Translations under genes and position numbers: made by a program
Shown: piece after piece, positions 42,224-52,635 of the stretch
Layout: the number at the start of each line of letters is the position of its first letter
How positions within the stretch are numbered: the stretch's first letter is position 1
NCBI GenBank assembly: GCA_963727775.1
Contig: CAVSHB010000001.1
Coordinates: forward strand, 928,001 to 992,000
Length of the DNA: 64,000 bases
Direction of reading: 5' to 3'
Source: an uncultured Nitrospiraceae bacterium
GTDB taxonomy: Bacteria; Nitrospirota; Thermodesulfovibrionia; Thermodesulfovibrionales; SM23-35
Notes under the pieces: generated by a model
What the model was told of the DNA's origin: nothing
The model's database searches: none
The model's input: the letters and a program-made list of their open reading frames with translations, nothing else

Positions 42224-44029
42224 TCAATGATGGATGGGGATCATGATGAAGAAGGTTGTGGATCCGGCGTCTGTGAGCACTTCGAGTTTTCCATGAATCG
42301 CCTGGATGAAACGGTAGATAATATTCAGGCCGCGGCCTTTGACTTCACCTCTTCTGATCTGCTCGATATTTTCTTCAGGTATTCTGCCGGTATTGCGGAT
42401 CTCGAACGAAGCCATGTCCCCTTTCCGGACACTCTTAATGCACAACTCTCCCCCTTCTTCCGGGATGGCCTTTGTGGCGTTATCGAGAAGATTGTCCAGT
42501 ACCCTTTCGAGACCGAAAGGAGAACAATAGATGAACAATCCCGGCTGTAATTCATCCTTAATAAGTCTTATGTTGGATCTTTTCTGCTCTTTAATTGCTT
42601 CTTCATTAATCCTGAACCTGTTTCTAATGACTTCAGTGAGGTCGACGATCCTTTCCCTCCCTTCAATATTCGGATTGATAGCCAGCTCCTGCATCCTGAC
42701 GGTCTCCTGTGCAATAATGTCAAGGTACTCAGTCATCTTATCCTTTATACTGTTAAGGTCCTCCGTCTCAAGGAGTTTTTTTGCCCTTTTTGCAAAACCG
42801 GCAATAGCAATGCCCGGATTCTTGAAGTCGTGCAGGACATCGTCCAATTTCTCAATCCGCAGTGCCTTCATGATCTCTTTTCCAAAAAAGCTAAGCAACT
42901 CTATCTCGTGATCGGTAAATTCCTGTCTCCTGTCTTTAGCGTAAAAAACCAGAAAATAATTTATTTCATCCATGGCCTTAAGAGGAATCAGAAGTACGGA
43001 ATTGACATTGTATTTGGAGGCATATCTCTTCAGCTCATCATTAGACAAGCGGCTGTTGAAAGGATCTTTTATCAAAATGTACGCCATATCGATTTTCTCG
43101 TATTCATAATCCCCGCGTTGTTCCATGCCTGTTATAAGCGCATCAAAGTATGGATGCTCTTTCAGTGAAAACATGCAGCTTATCTCATGGCTTTCCTGTC
43201 CAACAGGATATTCAAGCTCAGTCTGGACATGCTTTCTGTCCGGTGATATGGAAAAGAGCGTACAGCTCTGCACATGCATAACGTCTATCAGCTCAGGGAT
43301 CATCATTCTGAAGACATCCTTCATCTTAATCCCTTCACGATGGCTGAGTTTAACAAATATTTTTTCCACAATCTTCTCTTTCTGACGATTAAGCTTCTGG
43401 AGGTCCAGTATCCGTTTCTTTGCCAGTACATAACTGACCCTTCTTGCCAATAACTCGGCGTTGGCTACCTCCAACGGGTCGAATTCCTTGTTGTTCTCTT
43501 TGTAGTAAATCTGTATCGTCCCCTGGACTTCAGATTCTTTCTTAAGCAGTCCGGGTATATTCATCGGCACGGCCATCAGTGAGTTGAACCCGTGTTCTTT
43601 GACAATGTCCTTGTTTGCATAATCGGGCTCCAGAAGAATACTCGGAACAAGATAGCTTTTGCCGCTCGTTATGACCTTTCCAGCTACAGACCTTTCGACA
43701 GGAATGCTTTTTACCCTGCCTGTCTCGGAATACTGATATGATCCGAAAGAGACAAGTTTACCCGTCTCAGGGTCCACAATGCGTATTGAGGCCGCCTCCG
43801 CATGGAGGAACTCGACAATCTTCTTTGCTGCAGCTTCAAGTATTTCTTTCCACTCCAGGGCGGGGTTTATGCTTATTACTTCTTCCACCATCCTGACGAC
43901 CCGCTCTACATGCGCTGAAATACAGTGCTTTCTAAGGTACACAGCGAGATCGTTTATCTCCTGTTCGGACAGGTTATATCTGGCAAGAACAGGACTTGAG
44001 GTGAGAAATTTTATTAGGGTTTCATCCAT
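42224..44029 (-). CDS. Cytoplasmic sensor histidine kinase with two GAF-like domains
   Basis: H-box HDFKNP, N-box VLDNLLDNA, GRGL; SLMAVP and SVLLIP GAF strands; no TM segments seen. Confidence 0.85.
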   Translation of the reverse strand: MDETLIKFLTSSPVLARYNLSEQEINDLAVYLRKHCISAHVERVVRMVEEVISINPALEWKEILEAAAKKIVEFLHAEAASIRIVDPETGKLVSFGSYQYSETGRVKSIPVERSVAGKVITSGKSYLVPSILLEPDYANKDIVKEHGFNSLMAVPMNIPGLLKKESEVQGTIQIYYKENNKEFDPLEVANAELLARRVSYVLAKKRILDLQKLNRQKEKIVEKIFVKLSHREGIKMKDVFRMMIPELIDVMHVQSCTLFSISPDRKHVQTELEYPVGQESHEISCMFSLKEHPYFDALITGMEQRGDYEYEKIDMAYILIKDPFNSRLSNDELKRYASKYNVNSVLLIPLKAMDEINYFLVFYAKDRRQEFTDHEIELLSFFGKEIMKALRIEKLDDVLHDFKNPGIAIAGFAKRAKKLLETEDLNSIKDKMTEYLDIIAQETVRMQELAINPNIEGRERIVDLTEVIRNRFRINEEAIKEQKRSNIRLIKDELQPGLFIYCSPFGLERVLDNLLDNATKAIPEEGGELCIKSVRKGDMASFEIRNTGRIPEENIEQIRRGEVKGRGLNIIYRFIQAIHGKLEVLTDAGSTTFFIMIPIHH

Positions 44030-44096
44030 TGTCCTTAAGATAATATCAAAGAGGGCGGGTCTTATTCAACTATGCAAAAAGCCTTGTGTGAAATGC

Positions 44097-44125
44097 AAAA
44101 GGCCTGCGCGTTATGCGCAGGCCCT
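44097..44125 (-). terminator. Intrinsic terminator after the carbonic anhydrase gene
   Basis: GGCCTGCGC stem with TTTT on the minus strand. Confidence 0.65.
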
Positions 44126-44152
44126 CAGAGCATGCAGGAAATAAATATAATT

Positions 44153-44839
44153 TTAATGAGATTTCTTGGCCGGAGCAGCCTTGGGAAGCTCTATCATTGC
44201 TACATTGCCTGTAGAAATGTCGTACTCACCCGCAACTATCTTTAACTTGCCTTCGCCGGAGAGATGGCTGATAAGAGCGCTTTGTTTCATAATATCTTTA
44301 TATACGTTTTTTACATTCTCTTTGATGGCTGTTTCCAGGATTTCATCCTTGGTGCCGCCTTCCTTCTTTGCCGCCTTAGCAGCAGGGGTAATCTTTTTCA
44401 CGATTGCCCCGATATTCCCCTCGGGTTCTCCCGTTGTTTCAAGTGACGCTGTGACCGCGCCGCATTTTGAATGCCCGAGTATGAATAACAGGGGGGCGTG
44501 CAGATGTTCAGCGCCGTATTCGATGCTGCCGAGTGCTATGGGATCGACGACATTCCCTGCGACCCGAATGACGAAGATGTCCCCAAGTCCCTGGTCAAAC
44601 AATATTTCCGGCGGGACCCGCGAATCGGAACAGGCGATCACGATTGCAAAAGGTTTCTGACCTTTCGTCAATTCCTGTCTCTTGGTGCTGCCCACGTCTT
44701 TCTTTAACAGATTGCCTGACACATACCTCTTGTTACCGTCCATCAGTTTTTGCAGCGACTCGTCGCTGACCCCTGCAAAAACAAATCCTGAAAAGACAAC
44801 TACTACGAGTAAAGCCAAAAGAATCCGGCATCGTTTCAT
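44153..44839 (-). CDS. Beta-class carbonic anhydrase with signal peptide
   Basis: CSDSRV, RVAGN, GHSKCGAV; hydrophobic N-terminus ending VFA. Confidence 0.92.
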   Translation of the reverse strand: MKRCRILLALLVVVVFSGFVFAGVSDESLQKLMDGNKRYVSGNLLKKDVGSTKRQELTKGQKPFAIVIACSDSRVPPEILFDQGLGDIFVIRVAGNVVDPIALGSIEYGAEHLHAPLLFILGHSKCGAVTASLETTGEPEGNIGAIVKKITPAAKAAKKEGGTKDEILETAIKENVKNVYKDIMKQSALISHLSGEGKLKIVAGEYDISTGNVAMIELPKAAPAKKSH

Positions 44840-44894
44840 AAAACCCCCTCCTTATGAAAGATATGAAGGCTCCTCAAAGAGGGTGCCCTAGTTT

Positions 44895-46049
44895 TTAAGC
44901 TGCTTTTGTCTTTTTCTTTGCCGCGGAAAAGACCGCAGCAGCATTAAATGTGCCGTCTATGGCCTGAACAGGACACTTGGCGGTACATATTCCGCAGCCG
45001 ACACATTTCGGTTGGTCAATGATATGCATCTTCTTAAGCTCACCTGAAGGAGCATTGACAGGGCATACTTTAGCGCATATCCTGCATCCGATACAATTAT
45101 CCATCACAAAGGCTTTTGGTCTTTGCGGAATGAAATCGGTTATGGCTTTTGTGGGGCATTTGGGTACACAAAGACCGCACGCCGTGCATTTATTGAGATC
45201 TATCTTCGAAAGATTGTTCTCGACGGAAGGCGCATCGAAGGGACAAACCTTAACACAGGTGCCGCATGCAGTGCAGCCTACCCGGCAGTTTTTCCTTGTA
45301 TCAACACCCTTATCCTTTGAATGACAGGTCACGAGTACCTGCCTTGAAGCAGGAAGTACCTCTATGACCTTTGTGGGGCATACCGCTTCGCACTTTCTGC
45401 AGCCGGTGCATTTTGTGATGTCGACATACGGGAGATGATCATCGGTCATTGTGATGGCGTCAAAAGGGCATACGCGTGAACATGTTCCATAGCCCAAACA
45501 GCCGTACCTGCATGCTTTGTCTCCGCCGCCCGCAAGAATGACTGCCCTGCAATCCTGAACACCTTCATAGGTAAATTTCTTCACAGACCGGTTCCATCCA
45601 CCGGTGCACATGATTCTCGCAAAGATAGGCTCTTTGGCTTCGGCCTTCTTCCCGGTGATCGATGCAACCGCTTCTGACCCTTTTATGCCCGCGGGGACGC
45701 AAAGGTTGGGAGCGACCTCGGGCCTGTTGACAACCGCATCAGCATACTGTTCGCAACCTGCGAACCCGCAGGCGCCTCAATGCGCGTGCGCGAGCACATC
45801 CATTACCTTTTCTATCCTGGGATCAATCTTTACAGCAAACTTTTTTGCGGTTAAGGCAAGGCCTATGCCGAATACTATGCCGACACCAGATAGGAAAAGC
45901 AAAGTGAACTTAATCAAGGGGACTAATTCGACATGTTCTTTGACTTCAACCCCCCCGCCGACACCAACTAAGGGGATCAGAAAATGGGATGCATCAATCA
46001 GGTGAAGCAACCCGGCTATGTCTCTCAGCAGATAATGGATTTCGACCAT
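44895..46049 (-). CDS. rnfB: RnfB electron transport subunit, predicted selenoprotein
   Basis: ORFs 45777-46049 and 44895-45611 are in frame across TGA 45777-45779: LAHAH-U-GACGFAGC. Also CRYGCLGYGTC and multiple CxxCxxCxxxCP motifs. Confidence 0.9.
45749..45765 (-). promoter_or_regulatory. Bacterial SECIS hairpin of rnfB
   Basis: GTTCGCA-GGT-TGCGAAC; the loop is 18 nt after UGA. Confidence 0.7.
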
Positions 46050-46067
46050 AAAATTTATTTTAGCATA

Positions 46068-46661
46068 CTACAGTTTTATTAATCCCGAAAACCCCGTGAA
46101 CGCGAGGGCAATCAGTCCTGTAACTACGAACGCGATCGGCGTGCCCTTGAAAGGCGCCGGGATATCGGCAAGCTCAAGTTTTTCACGGATGCTGGCCATT
46201 ATGATTAAGGCCAGTGCAAATCCGAGTCCGGAACCGAACGCAAAGGCGATGCTCTCGATGAAACTGTAATGCTCACGCGCATTGATCAAAGGCACCGCGA
46301 GAATTATGCAGTTTGTCGATATGAGGGCGAGGTAAATACCGAGCTTGTAATAAAGGTCCGGTGAGACCTTTCTCATAATTGTGTCGGACGCCTGGACAAA
46401 ACCGGCCACGATACCGATGAAGATAATTATCTTCAGGAAGGCGATGTCGAGCGGCACCATGACATAATTGAAAACAATCCAGCTCAGTGCCGCGCTTATC
46501 ATCATCACTGATGTGAATGTGATGCTCATTCCTACAGCGGTTTCCATTTTCCGGGAGACACCGAAGAAGATGCAGAGACCAAGAAACCTGGTGAAAACAA
46601 AGTTGTTGATCAATGATGCTGCGATTATGAGTTCAAAAAGTTTTGCGAAATCATTGCTCAT
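46068..46661 (-). CDS. rnfA: RnfA subunit
   Basis: NNFVFTRFLGLC, LGIYLALISTNC, IREKL. Confidence 0.93.
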   Translation of the reverse strand: MSNDFAKLFELIIAASLINNFVFTRFLGLCIFFGVSRKMETAVGMSITFTSVMMISAALSWIVFNYVMVPLDIAFLKIIIFIGIVAGFVQASDTIMRKVSPDLYYKLGIYLALISTNCIILAVPLINAREHYSFIESIAFAFGSGLGFALALIIMASIREKLELADIPAPFKGTPIAFVVTGLIALAFTGFSGLIKL

Positions 46662-46699
46662 TTTCTTTTCCCTTCATAGCGAACTTTGTTCTAATGGTT

Positions 46700-46885
46700 G
46701 TCATTATCCGGCTTGACCGGATAATCCATTCTCTATTCTGGATTCCCGTCTGCGTGGAAATCGGCACGAACCTTTGGCTCGCAAACGAGCATAAAAATAA
46801 CTCCCCCTCGCCCCCTCTTAATCTAAGAGGGGGTTGGGGGGCGTTATTTAATTCGTTCAATTGAGTCATTTTTGGGTCAATGACA
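46700..46885. repeat. Cluster of REP-like palindromes between rnfE and rnfA
   Basis: gtcattatccggcttgaccggataatcc; ataactccccctcgccccctcttaatctaagagggggttggggggcgttat (same family as 40218-40318). Confidence 0.7.
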
Positions 46886-46909
46886 AAAAGAGACTTATCC
46901 TTTCCGTAA

Positions 46910-47521
46910 CTAATGACTTTTTTTATCACTCATGCTCATCCAGTTGAAAAATCCCATTAATATTCCAACGGCAAAAAAACCGCCGGCCGGCAGAATCATG
47001 ATAAGAAGGGGTTTTGCATTGATGATCTGATGTCCCCATAATGATCCTTTCCCCAACAGTTCCCTGCAAAAACTAATTACTGAAAGGGCAAGCAAAAAAC
47101 CGAGACCCATGCCGATGCCGTCAAACATGGAAGGAACAAACTTGTTTTTACTTGCAAACATCTCGGCCCTCGCAAGGATCGACGCAAAGGCCACAATCAA
47201 TTGTATGTAGAGGCCCATCTGTTTGTAGGCCTCCGGCGCGAAAGCCGCCATTGTCATATCGGTAACAGTCACCCATCCCGAAATAACAAGCATAAAGATA
47301 GGGAGCCTTATCCTGGGGTGAATAAGCCCCCTCATAAGCGATATAGTGAGATTGACCATAACCTGGACGAAGAGCACGGCAGCGCCCATTAGAACGCCGT
47401 TCTCCAATTTATTCGTCACCGCAATAGAAGGGCAGAGGCTGAGCGCAAGCTTGAAAATAGTGTTTTCTTTAAATATCCCGTTTTTTATGAGTTCGAAATT
47501 AGTTGTGTTTGTCTGGGACAT
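46910..47521 (-). CDS. rnfE: RnfE subunit
   Basis: LSLCP.IAVT, IRLP, GLYIQLIV, ARAE, ILPAGGF. Confidence 0.92.
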   Translation of the reverse strand: MSQTNTTNFELIKNGIFKENTIFKLALSLCPSIAVTNKLENGVLMGAAVLFVQVMVNLTISLMRGLIHPRIRLPIFMLVISGWVTVTDMTMAAFAPEAYKQMGLYIQLIVAFASILARAEMFASKNKFVPSMFDGIGMGLGFLLALSVISFCRELLGKGSLWGHQIINAKPLLIMILPAGGFFAVGILMGFFNWMSMSDKKSH

Positions 47522-48092
47522 TGTCTCTTCCCTTTTCTTTTATTTTCTTCATGAGGAATTCAACGCCGTTTTTTACAGCATCCTCGGTAACAGCTCTGCT
47601 GGAAATGGTGGCCCCTGATATTGCCTGAATATACTCTGTTGTGTCCGTCTTTAATACCTTAAGATGCTCCAGGTCTTTACCGCTGAACTGGTTCCTGAAG
47701 CTGTCGGTCTCGATCTCATCTCCGAGCCCGGGTGTTTCATTCTGTCCGAGGATAGCTATCTTACGGACCTTGAAATCATTGTCCGTTGCGATAAGTGTGT
47801 TGATATAACTCGAATAGCCCTTGCCAAAGGACTGGATAATATATCCGATGACAACGTCTCCCTTTTTGGCGATAAAATACTCTGAATGTTTTTCGTGCGC
47901 CGACCAATCGCCTAATTTTTCAATCTTGTCGGCTTCGGGTATAAGCTTCTTTAAGGCCGCCTCTTTTTCAAGAACTGCATTTTTATACATGACAGGCGAG
48001 GTCTTGGCATAAACCAAAGCAAGGATAAGGCCCCCTACAATATATATAATTACGAGGTTCAGGGTTATCTTAATTATATCTTTGCCTGTCAA
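47499..48092 (-). CDS. rnfG: RnfG subunit
   Basis: GY..I, ETPGLG, ISGATISS (FMN-binding Thr). Confidence 0.92.
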   Translation of the reverse strand: MTGKDIIKITLNLVIIYIVGGLILALVYAKTSPVMYKNAVLEKEAALKKLIPEADKIEKLGDWSAHEKHSEYFIAKKGDVVIGYIIQSFGKGYSSYINTLIATDNDFKVRKIAILGQNETPGLGDEIETDSFRNQFSGKDLEHLKVLKTDTTEYIQAISGATISSRAVTEDAVKNGVEFLMKKIKEKGRDNVPDKHN

Positions 48093-48119
48093 TCTCTTAT
48101 TCCCTTATTTTTTTGGCCC

Positions 48120-49115
48120 TTATTTCTTTTTGGACCCGAATATCCTTGTTTTCAAACCTCTGTCAATAAGAGGCGCAAAACAGTTCATTATCAATATCGC
48201 GAACATCACACCCTCGGGATATCCTCCCTTAAGACGTATGAGCATAGTAAGAAAACCACAGCCGGCCCCGAAGACTATCTGACCGTTTTTTGTCGAAGGA
48301 GATGTAACGTAATCGGTCGCCATAAAAAAAGCGCCGAGTATCATGCTGCCGCTCAGAATGTGCAACAACGGGTCCCCTGCAAAAAGGGAGCCTTTAGTCC
48401 CGAATATCCATGCTATCAATGCGGCTGTCCCGATAAACGAGACCGGGATGTGCCATGTGATGTACTTCTTATATATAAGAAATGCAGCTCCGATGAGCAG
48501 GGCAATAACCGATGTCTCGCCGATTGAGCCTGCCCTGTGGCCGATTAAAAGTTGCGTATAAAGGCTTGTCCTGTCACCGAAAAGTTCTATTAGTTTTGTT
48601 ATTCCTTCTTCTTTGAGAATACCCAGGGGGGTTGCGGTTGTTTTAGCATCCAAAAAGACGAAGGCTGCTGTGGGCTCACTCCAGATAGTCATAAGTTTGG
48701 GGAAGGAGATGAGCAGGAACGCCCTTCCGATTAAAGCAGGATTAAAGATATTGTAACCGAGCCCCCCGAATAATTGTTTTGTAATTATGATGGCGACAAC
48801 AGAGCCTATAACGGGAATATAAAAGGGGACGGCCGGCGGCAGGTTCAGTCCGAGGAGGAGACCGGTAAGAAAGGCGCTGCCGTCATTAATATCAACTTTC
48901 TTTCCCAAGGCTTTCTGAAATACATACTCTGAAAGTACAGCGGAAATAATACAAAGCGCCATGGTGAAAACCGCTCTGGGCCCGAAGAAGTAATCCCCCA
49001 TTATTGCGGCAGGCACAAGTGAAGCCGACACACTCCACATAATCCTGCCGGTTGTTTCCTCGCTCTTGACATGTGGACTTACCGAGACAACGAGCGGTTT
49101 TTTTATTACCTCCAT
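48120..49115 (-). CDS. rnfD: RnfD subunit
   Basis: SPH, FGGLGYNIFNPA, ATPL, GSIGETS, FMATD, YPEGV. Confidence 0.95.
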   Translation of the reverse strand: MEVIKKPLVVSVSPHVKSEETTGRIMWSVSASLVPAAIMGDYFFGPRAVFTMALCIISAVLSEYVFQKALGKKVDINDGSAFLTGLLLGLNLPPAVPFYIPVIGSVVAIIITKQLFGGLGYNIFNPALIGRAFLLISFPKLMTIWSEPTAAFVFLDAKTTATPLGILKEEGITKLIELFGDRTSLYTQLLIGHRAGSIGETSVIALLIGAAFLIYKKYITWHIPVSFIGTAALIAWIFGTKGSLFAGDPLLHILSGSMILGAFFMATDYVTSPSTKNGQIVFGAGCGFLTMLIRLKGGYPEGVMFAILIMNCFAPLIDRGLKTRIFGSKKK

Positions 49116-49128
49116 AAGACCTTTGTCT

Positions 49129-50439
49129 TCACGGTTTTACCTGAGATTTTGCAAGCCGTACAAGCTGAACTATCGGCCTTTTTGACGGGCATACGAAAGC
49201 GCATGAACCGCATTCAAAACAATCGAACAGGTTATATTCTTTCGCCCCTTCGTACATCCCCTTTTCCGAATAGACACTGAGCATTGAGGGCATAAGTCCC
49301 ATCGGGCATACATCGATGCATCTGCCGCACCTTATGCACGGCCCGAAATCTTCTGAGTGGACTATCTCTCCCTCTGTCAACGCAACTATGCCGGAAGTCC
49401 CTTTTGTTACAGGGATATCGAGATCTGAAACTGCAAACCCCATCATTGGACCGCCTGAGATGACCTTCACGTTTTCACTTTTCAGGCCGCCGCATTCTTC
49501 AATAAGATGGGAAAGCAATGTGCCGATTTTTACCTGGAGATTCTTAGGTTCGTTGATCCCTTCGCCTGTTACCGATACAACCCTTTCTATTAAAGGCTTT
49601 CCATATCTGACTGCCTCGAATATGGCAAAGGATGTGCTGACATTCTGTACAACAACCCTTACATCCATGGGTAGGGCCTTTGGAGGGACCTCTCTGTCGG
49701 TTATCGACCGGATGAGCATCTTTTCAGCGCCCTGAGGATATTTTGTAGGCAGTGCACAGACCTTGATATTGTCCTGTCCCTGAACTGCTTCTTCCATCGC
49801 TTTTACGGCGTCAGGCTTGTTGTCTTCTATCCCGACAAACCCCTTGTATACCCCTAATACTTTCATCAATATCTTAAGGCCTTCTATTATCTCATGCGGC
49901 CTTTCGAGCATAAGCCTGTAATCCCCGGTCAAATACGGTTCGCATTCGGCACCGTTAAGGATTACCGTATCGATAGGTTTTTCCTTCGGGGGTGAAAGCT
50001 TTACCACGGTAGGAAAGGCCGCGCCCCCCATCCCGACTATGCCGGCGTTCTTTATCTTCTCCTTCATCTCGTCCGGAGAAAGGCCCATATAATCAGGATT
50101 GTCTTTTAGGATTGTCCATTCCTCTTTATTGTTGTTTTCTATGACAACCGATGTTACCATCCTTCCCATAGCATTGGGGAATTCCCCGATTGCGAGCACT
50201 TTACCGGACACGGAAGAATGCACAGGTGCGGACACAAATCCCGTTGCCTCGCCTATCAACTCACCTTTTTTCACCTCCTGGTCGATGGTCACTACAGGTT
50301 TGCAGGGAGCGCCCAAATGCTGGCTTAACGGTATTACTACTCTGACGGGTGATCTTGTTTCCGCTATCGGCTTGGCTGCAGAAAGCTCTTTCCTGTCAGG
50401 TGGATGTATTCCTCCCCTGAAATTCGAAAAACTTATCAA
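49129..50439 (-). CDS. rnfC: RnfC subunit
   Basis: GGIHPP, QHLGAP, GMGGAAFPT, ECEPYLT, KYPQGAEK, two 4Fe-4S motifs; TTG start at 50439 after AGGAG. Confidence 0.95.
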   Translation of the reverse strand: MISFSNFRGGIHPPDRKELSAAKPIAETRSPVRVVIPLSQHLGAPCKPVVTIDQEVKKGELIGEATGFVSAPVHSSVSGKVLAIGEFPNAMGRMVTSVVIENNNKEEWTILKDNPDYMGLSPDEMKEKIKNAGIVGMGGAAFPTVVKLSPPKEKPIDTVILNGAECEPYLTGDYRLMLERPHEIIEGLKILMKVLGVYKGFVGIEDNKPDAVKAMEEAVQGQDNIKVCALPTKYPQGAEKMLIRSITDREVPPKALPMDVRVVVQNVSTSFAIFEAVRYGKPLIERVVSVTGEGINEPKNLQVKIGTLLSHLIEECGGLKSENVKVISGGPMMGFAVSDLDIPVTKGTSGIVALTEGEIVHSEDFGPCIRCGRCIDVCPMGLMPSMLSVYSEKGMYEGAKEYNLFDCFECGSCAFVCPSKRPIVQLVRLAKSQVKP

Positions 50440-50514
50440 TATCGTCTCCTGTTCATTAATCTGAATAGACAGATACAAAATTCTGTAATTAATAACACAG
50501 GGCAAAGATGAAAA

Positions 50515-51546
50515 TCAAGATAAACCTGTAATTTTATCCCACCCTTTCTTTTTTAACCCTTTTTTTACGATGTCTCCCAGCGCTTGTATAAAAACAGGAT
50601 GGATATTCAGAGAAGCCGTCCTTCGAAGATCCACGCCAAGTTTTCCGGCAAGATTCTTGTAAAGAATGTCTATCTCATATAGTGTTTCGATATGGTCGGA
50701 GACGAAGCTTATCGGAACAACGAGAATGTTTTTTATACCTTCCCCGGCGATTTCCCTGAGTTTTTCTTCAGTAGATGGCTCAAGCCATTTAACGGGACCG
50801 CTCCTTGACTGGTAGCTTAAATGCTTTTTTATCTTTATTCGACGGGTAATCTCGTCAATCGTTTCCATAGTCTGACGAACGTATGGATCACCTTCGTCGA
50901 TTATTTTTTGCGGCAGACCATGAGCACTGAAAAGGACATGAATATCAGCAGCGGAATTTGAACCCCGACCGAAGGATCCAAGTCCTTTGTTTATGACATC
51001 TGCCAACGCATCGATATATAGAGAATGATTGTGCCAGGACGGAATACAGTAAGTCTCTAATTCATACTCTGCTGCAACCTCGCTGAACTTTGCAAGTGAT
51101 GAGCCCGATGTTGCAACAGAATACTGCGGGTATAGGCTTAAGGCTACAATTTTCCTTATACCGTTTTTGTGCATTTCAGGAATGACATCTTCGATGAACG
51201 GGTGCCAGTAGCGCATGCCGGCATAGACCCTGAATGAAAGCCCATCTCCTTGCTTCACATCTTTAGTAAGTGCGGGGCAGGTGGCTTGTTTATTCAGCAA
51301 TTCTTCAAGCGTCTTTGCCTGTGCCTTAGTTATTTCCGCGATCGGGGATTTCCCGCCGATAAGGCTGTACATCTTTTTTGTCTTTCCGGAGCGTATCTGT
51401 GATATAAGCCACGCCAATGGCCTTTGCATAAAAGACGGCCCAAGCCGGATAATCTGTCTGTCTGAAAACAGGTTATAAAGGAACGGCCTTACTGCCTGCA
51501 ACGAGTCGGGGCCGCCGAGGTTAAGCAGGATGATTCCTATGGACAT
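50515..51546 (-). CDS. hemH: Ferrochelatase
   Basis: NLGGP, GGKSP, MRYWHP, LYPQYS, SAHGLP, FVSDHIETLYEID. Confidence 0.96.
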   Translation of the reverse strand: MSIGIILLNLGGPDSLQAVRPFLYNLFSDRQIIRLGPSFMQRPLAWLISQIRSGKTKKMYSLIGGKSPIAEITKAQAKTLEELLNKQATCPALTKDVKQGDGLSFRVYAGMRYWHPFIEDVIPEMHKNGIRKIVALSLYPQYSVATSGSSLAKFSEVAAEYELETYCIPSWHNHSLYIDALADVINKGLGSFGRGSNSAADIHVLFSAHGLPQKIIDEGDPYVRQTMETIDEITRRIKIKKHLSYQSRSGPVKWLEPSTEEKLREIAGEGIKNILVVPISFVSDHIETLYEIDILYKNLAGKLGVDLRRTASLNIHPVFIQALGDIVKKGLKKKGWDKITGLS

Positions 51547-51555
51547 TTCGGGATA

Positions 51556-52587
51556 TTAATTTTCCCTTCCATAGGCATGGACTGCTTCAACCATTGCTAT
51601 GACGTTTTCGACAGGTGTCTGAGGCAAAATACCGTGTCCCAGATTAAAGACATGACTCTTGGCAGTTTCACCTTTCCAGAGAATCTCTTTCACCCTATCC
51701 TCAAGTTTTTCTTTCGGCAGAAAGAGTGCGCATGGATCAAGGTTCCCCTGTACAACCATGTTTTTACCGAGTTTTTTTATCGCGTCGGCGATATCGATCC
51801 TCCAGTCAATTCCCGTCACATCCGCGCCGGATTTCTTGACCTCTTTAAGAATCCCCGCGCAGTCATTCACAAAATAGATGATGGGAACACCTTCTTTCTT
51901 AAGTTCGGAAATAGCCTTCTTAACATAAGGGAAGGCAGATTTCTTATAGTCGGAAGGTGAAAGTATGCCAGCCCATGTATCAAAAAGCTGGACTGCCTGA
52001 GCGCCTGCCTTAATCTGGGCGGAGAGATACGAGATAACGGTTTCCGTAATCTTTTCCATTAAATAATTGAATACGCCGCTGTTCTGAAACATCAGTTTTT
52101 TTGTATTAAAAAAATTCTTTGAAGTCCCGCCTTCGATCATATACGTAGCCAGTGTGAAAGGAGCGCCTGAGAAACCGATCAGGGGGACCTTGTCTTCGAG
52201 TTCCTTCCTCAATATCTTTATGGTATCTAAAACAAAAGGCAGGTCTTCCTCGATATCAGGGACAATCAATCTTTCGACGGCAGACTTGCCTCTTATCGGC
52301 TCGCTGAGCACCGGTCCTTCCTTATCCAAGAATTCAAGACGCATACCCATCGGTTCAACAGGAATAAGGATATCGGAAAAAAGAATTGCCGCGTCGACGC
52401 CGAGTATGTCGACGGGTTGGAGCGTCACCGCCGCAGCGAGCTTCGGGTTTTTACAGAGAGTGAGAAAATCAATATTTGACCGGACAGCCTGATACTCCGG
52501 AAGGTATCTCCCGGCCTGGCGCATGAGCCATACCGGTGTATAATCCACTTCTTTGCCCCGGCATGCCTTAAGGAACGTATTATTCAT
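51556..52587 (-). CDS. hemE: Uroporphyrinogen decarboxylase
   Basis: PVWLMRQAGRYLPEY, FSDIL, QGNLDP, FNLGHG. Confidence 0.97.
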   Translation of the reverse strand: MNNTFLKACRGKEVDYTPVWLMRQAGRYLPEYQAVRSNIDFLTLCKNPKLAAAVTLQPVDILGVDAAILFSDILIPVEPMGMRLEFLDKEGPVLSEPIRGKSAVERLIVPDIEEDLPFVLDTIKILRKELEDKVPLIGFSGAPFTLATYMIEGGTSKNFFNTKKLMFQNSGVFNYLMEKITETVISYLSAQIKAGAQAVQLFDTWAGILSPSDYKKSAFPYVKKAISELKKEGVPIIYFVNDCAGILKEVKKSGADVTGIDWRIDIADAIKKLGKNMVVQGNLDPCALFLPKEKLEDRVKEILWKGETAKSHVFNLGHGILPQTPVENVIAMVEAVHAYGREN

Positions 52588-52635
52588 AACCCCCCTCCTA
52601 AATAGGAGCAAGTAATCAGCGTAGCAGGTAAGTAA

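Noticed and set aside
46651..46929. 92 aa ORF between rnfE and rnfA (and similar ORFs at 39843 and 28243)
   Set aside because: These are translations of palindromic repeats or AT-rich promoter DNA with no protein features.
48095..48140. Short duplication of the rnfD 3' end
   Set aside because: Under 20 bp and low complexity; no insert between the copies.
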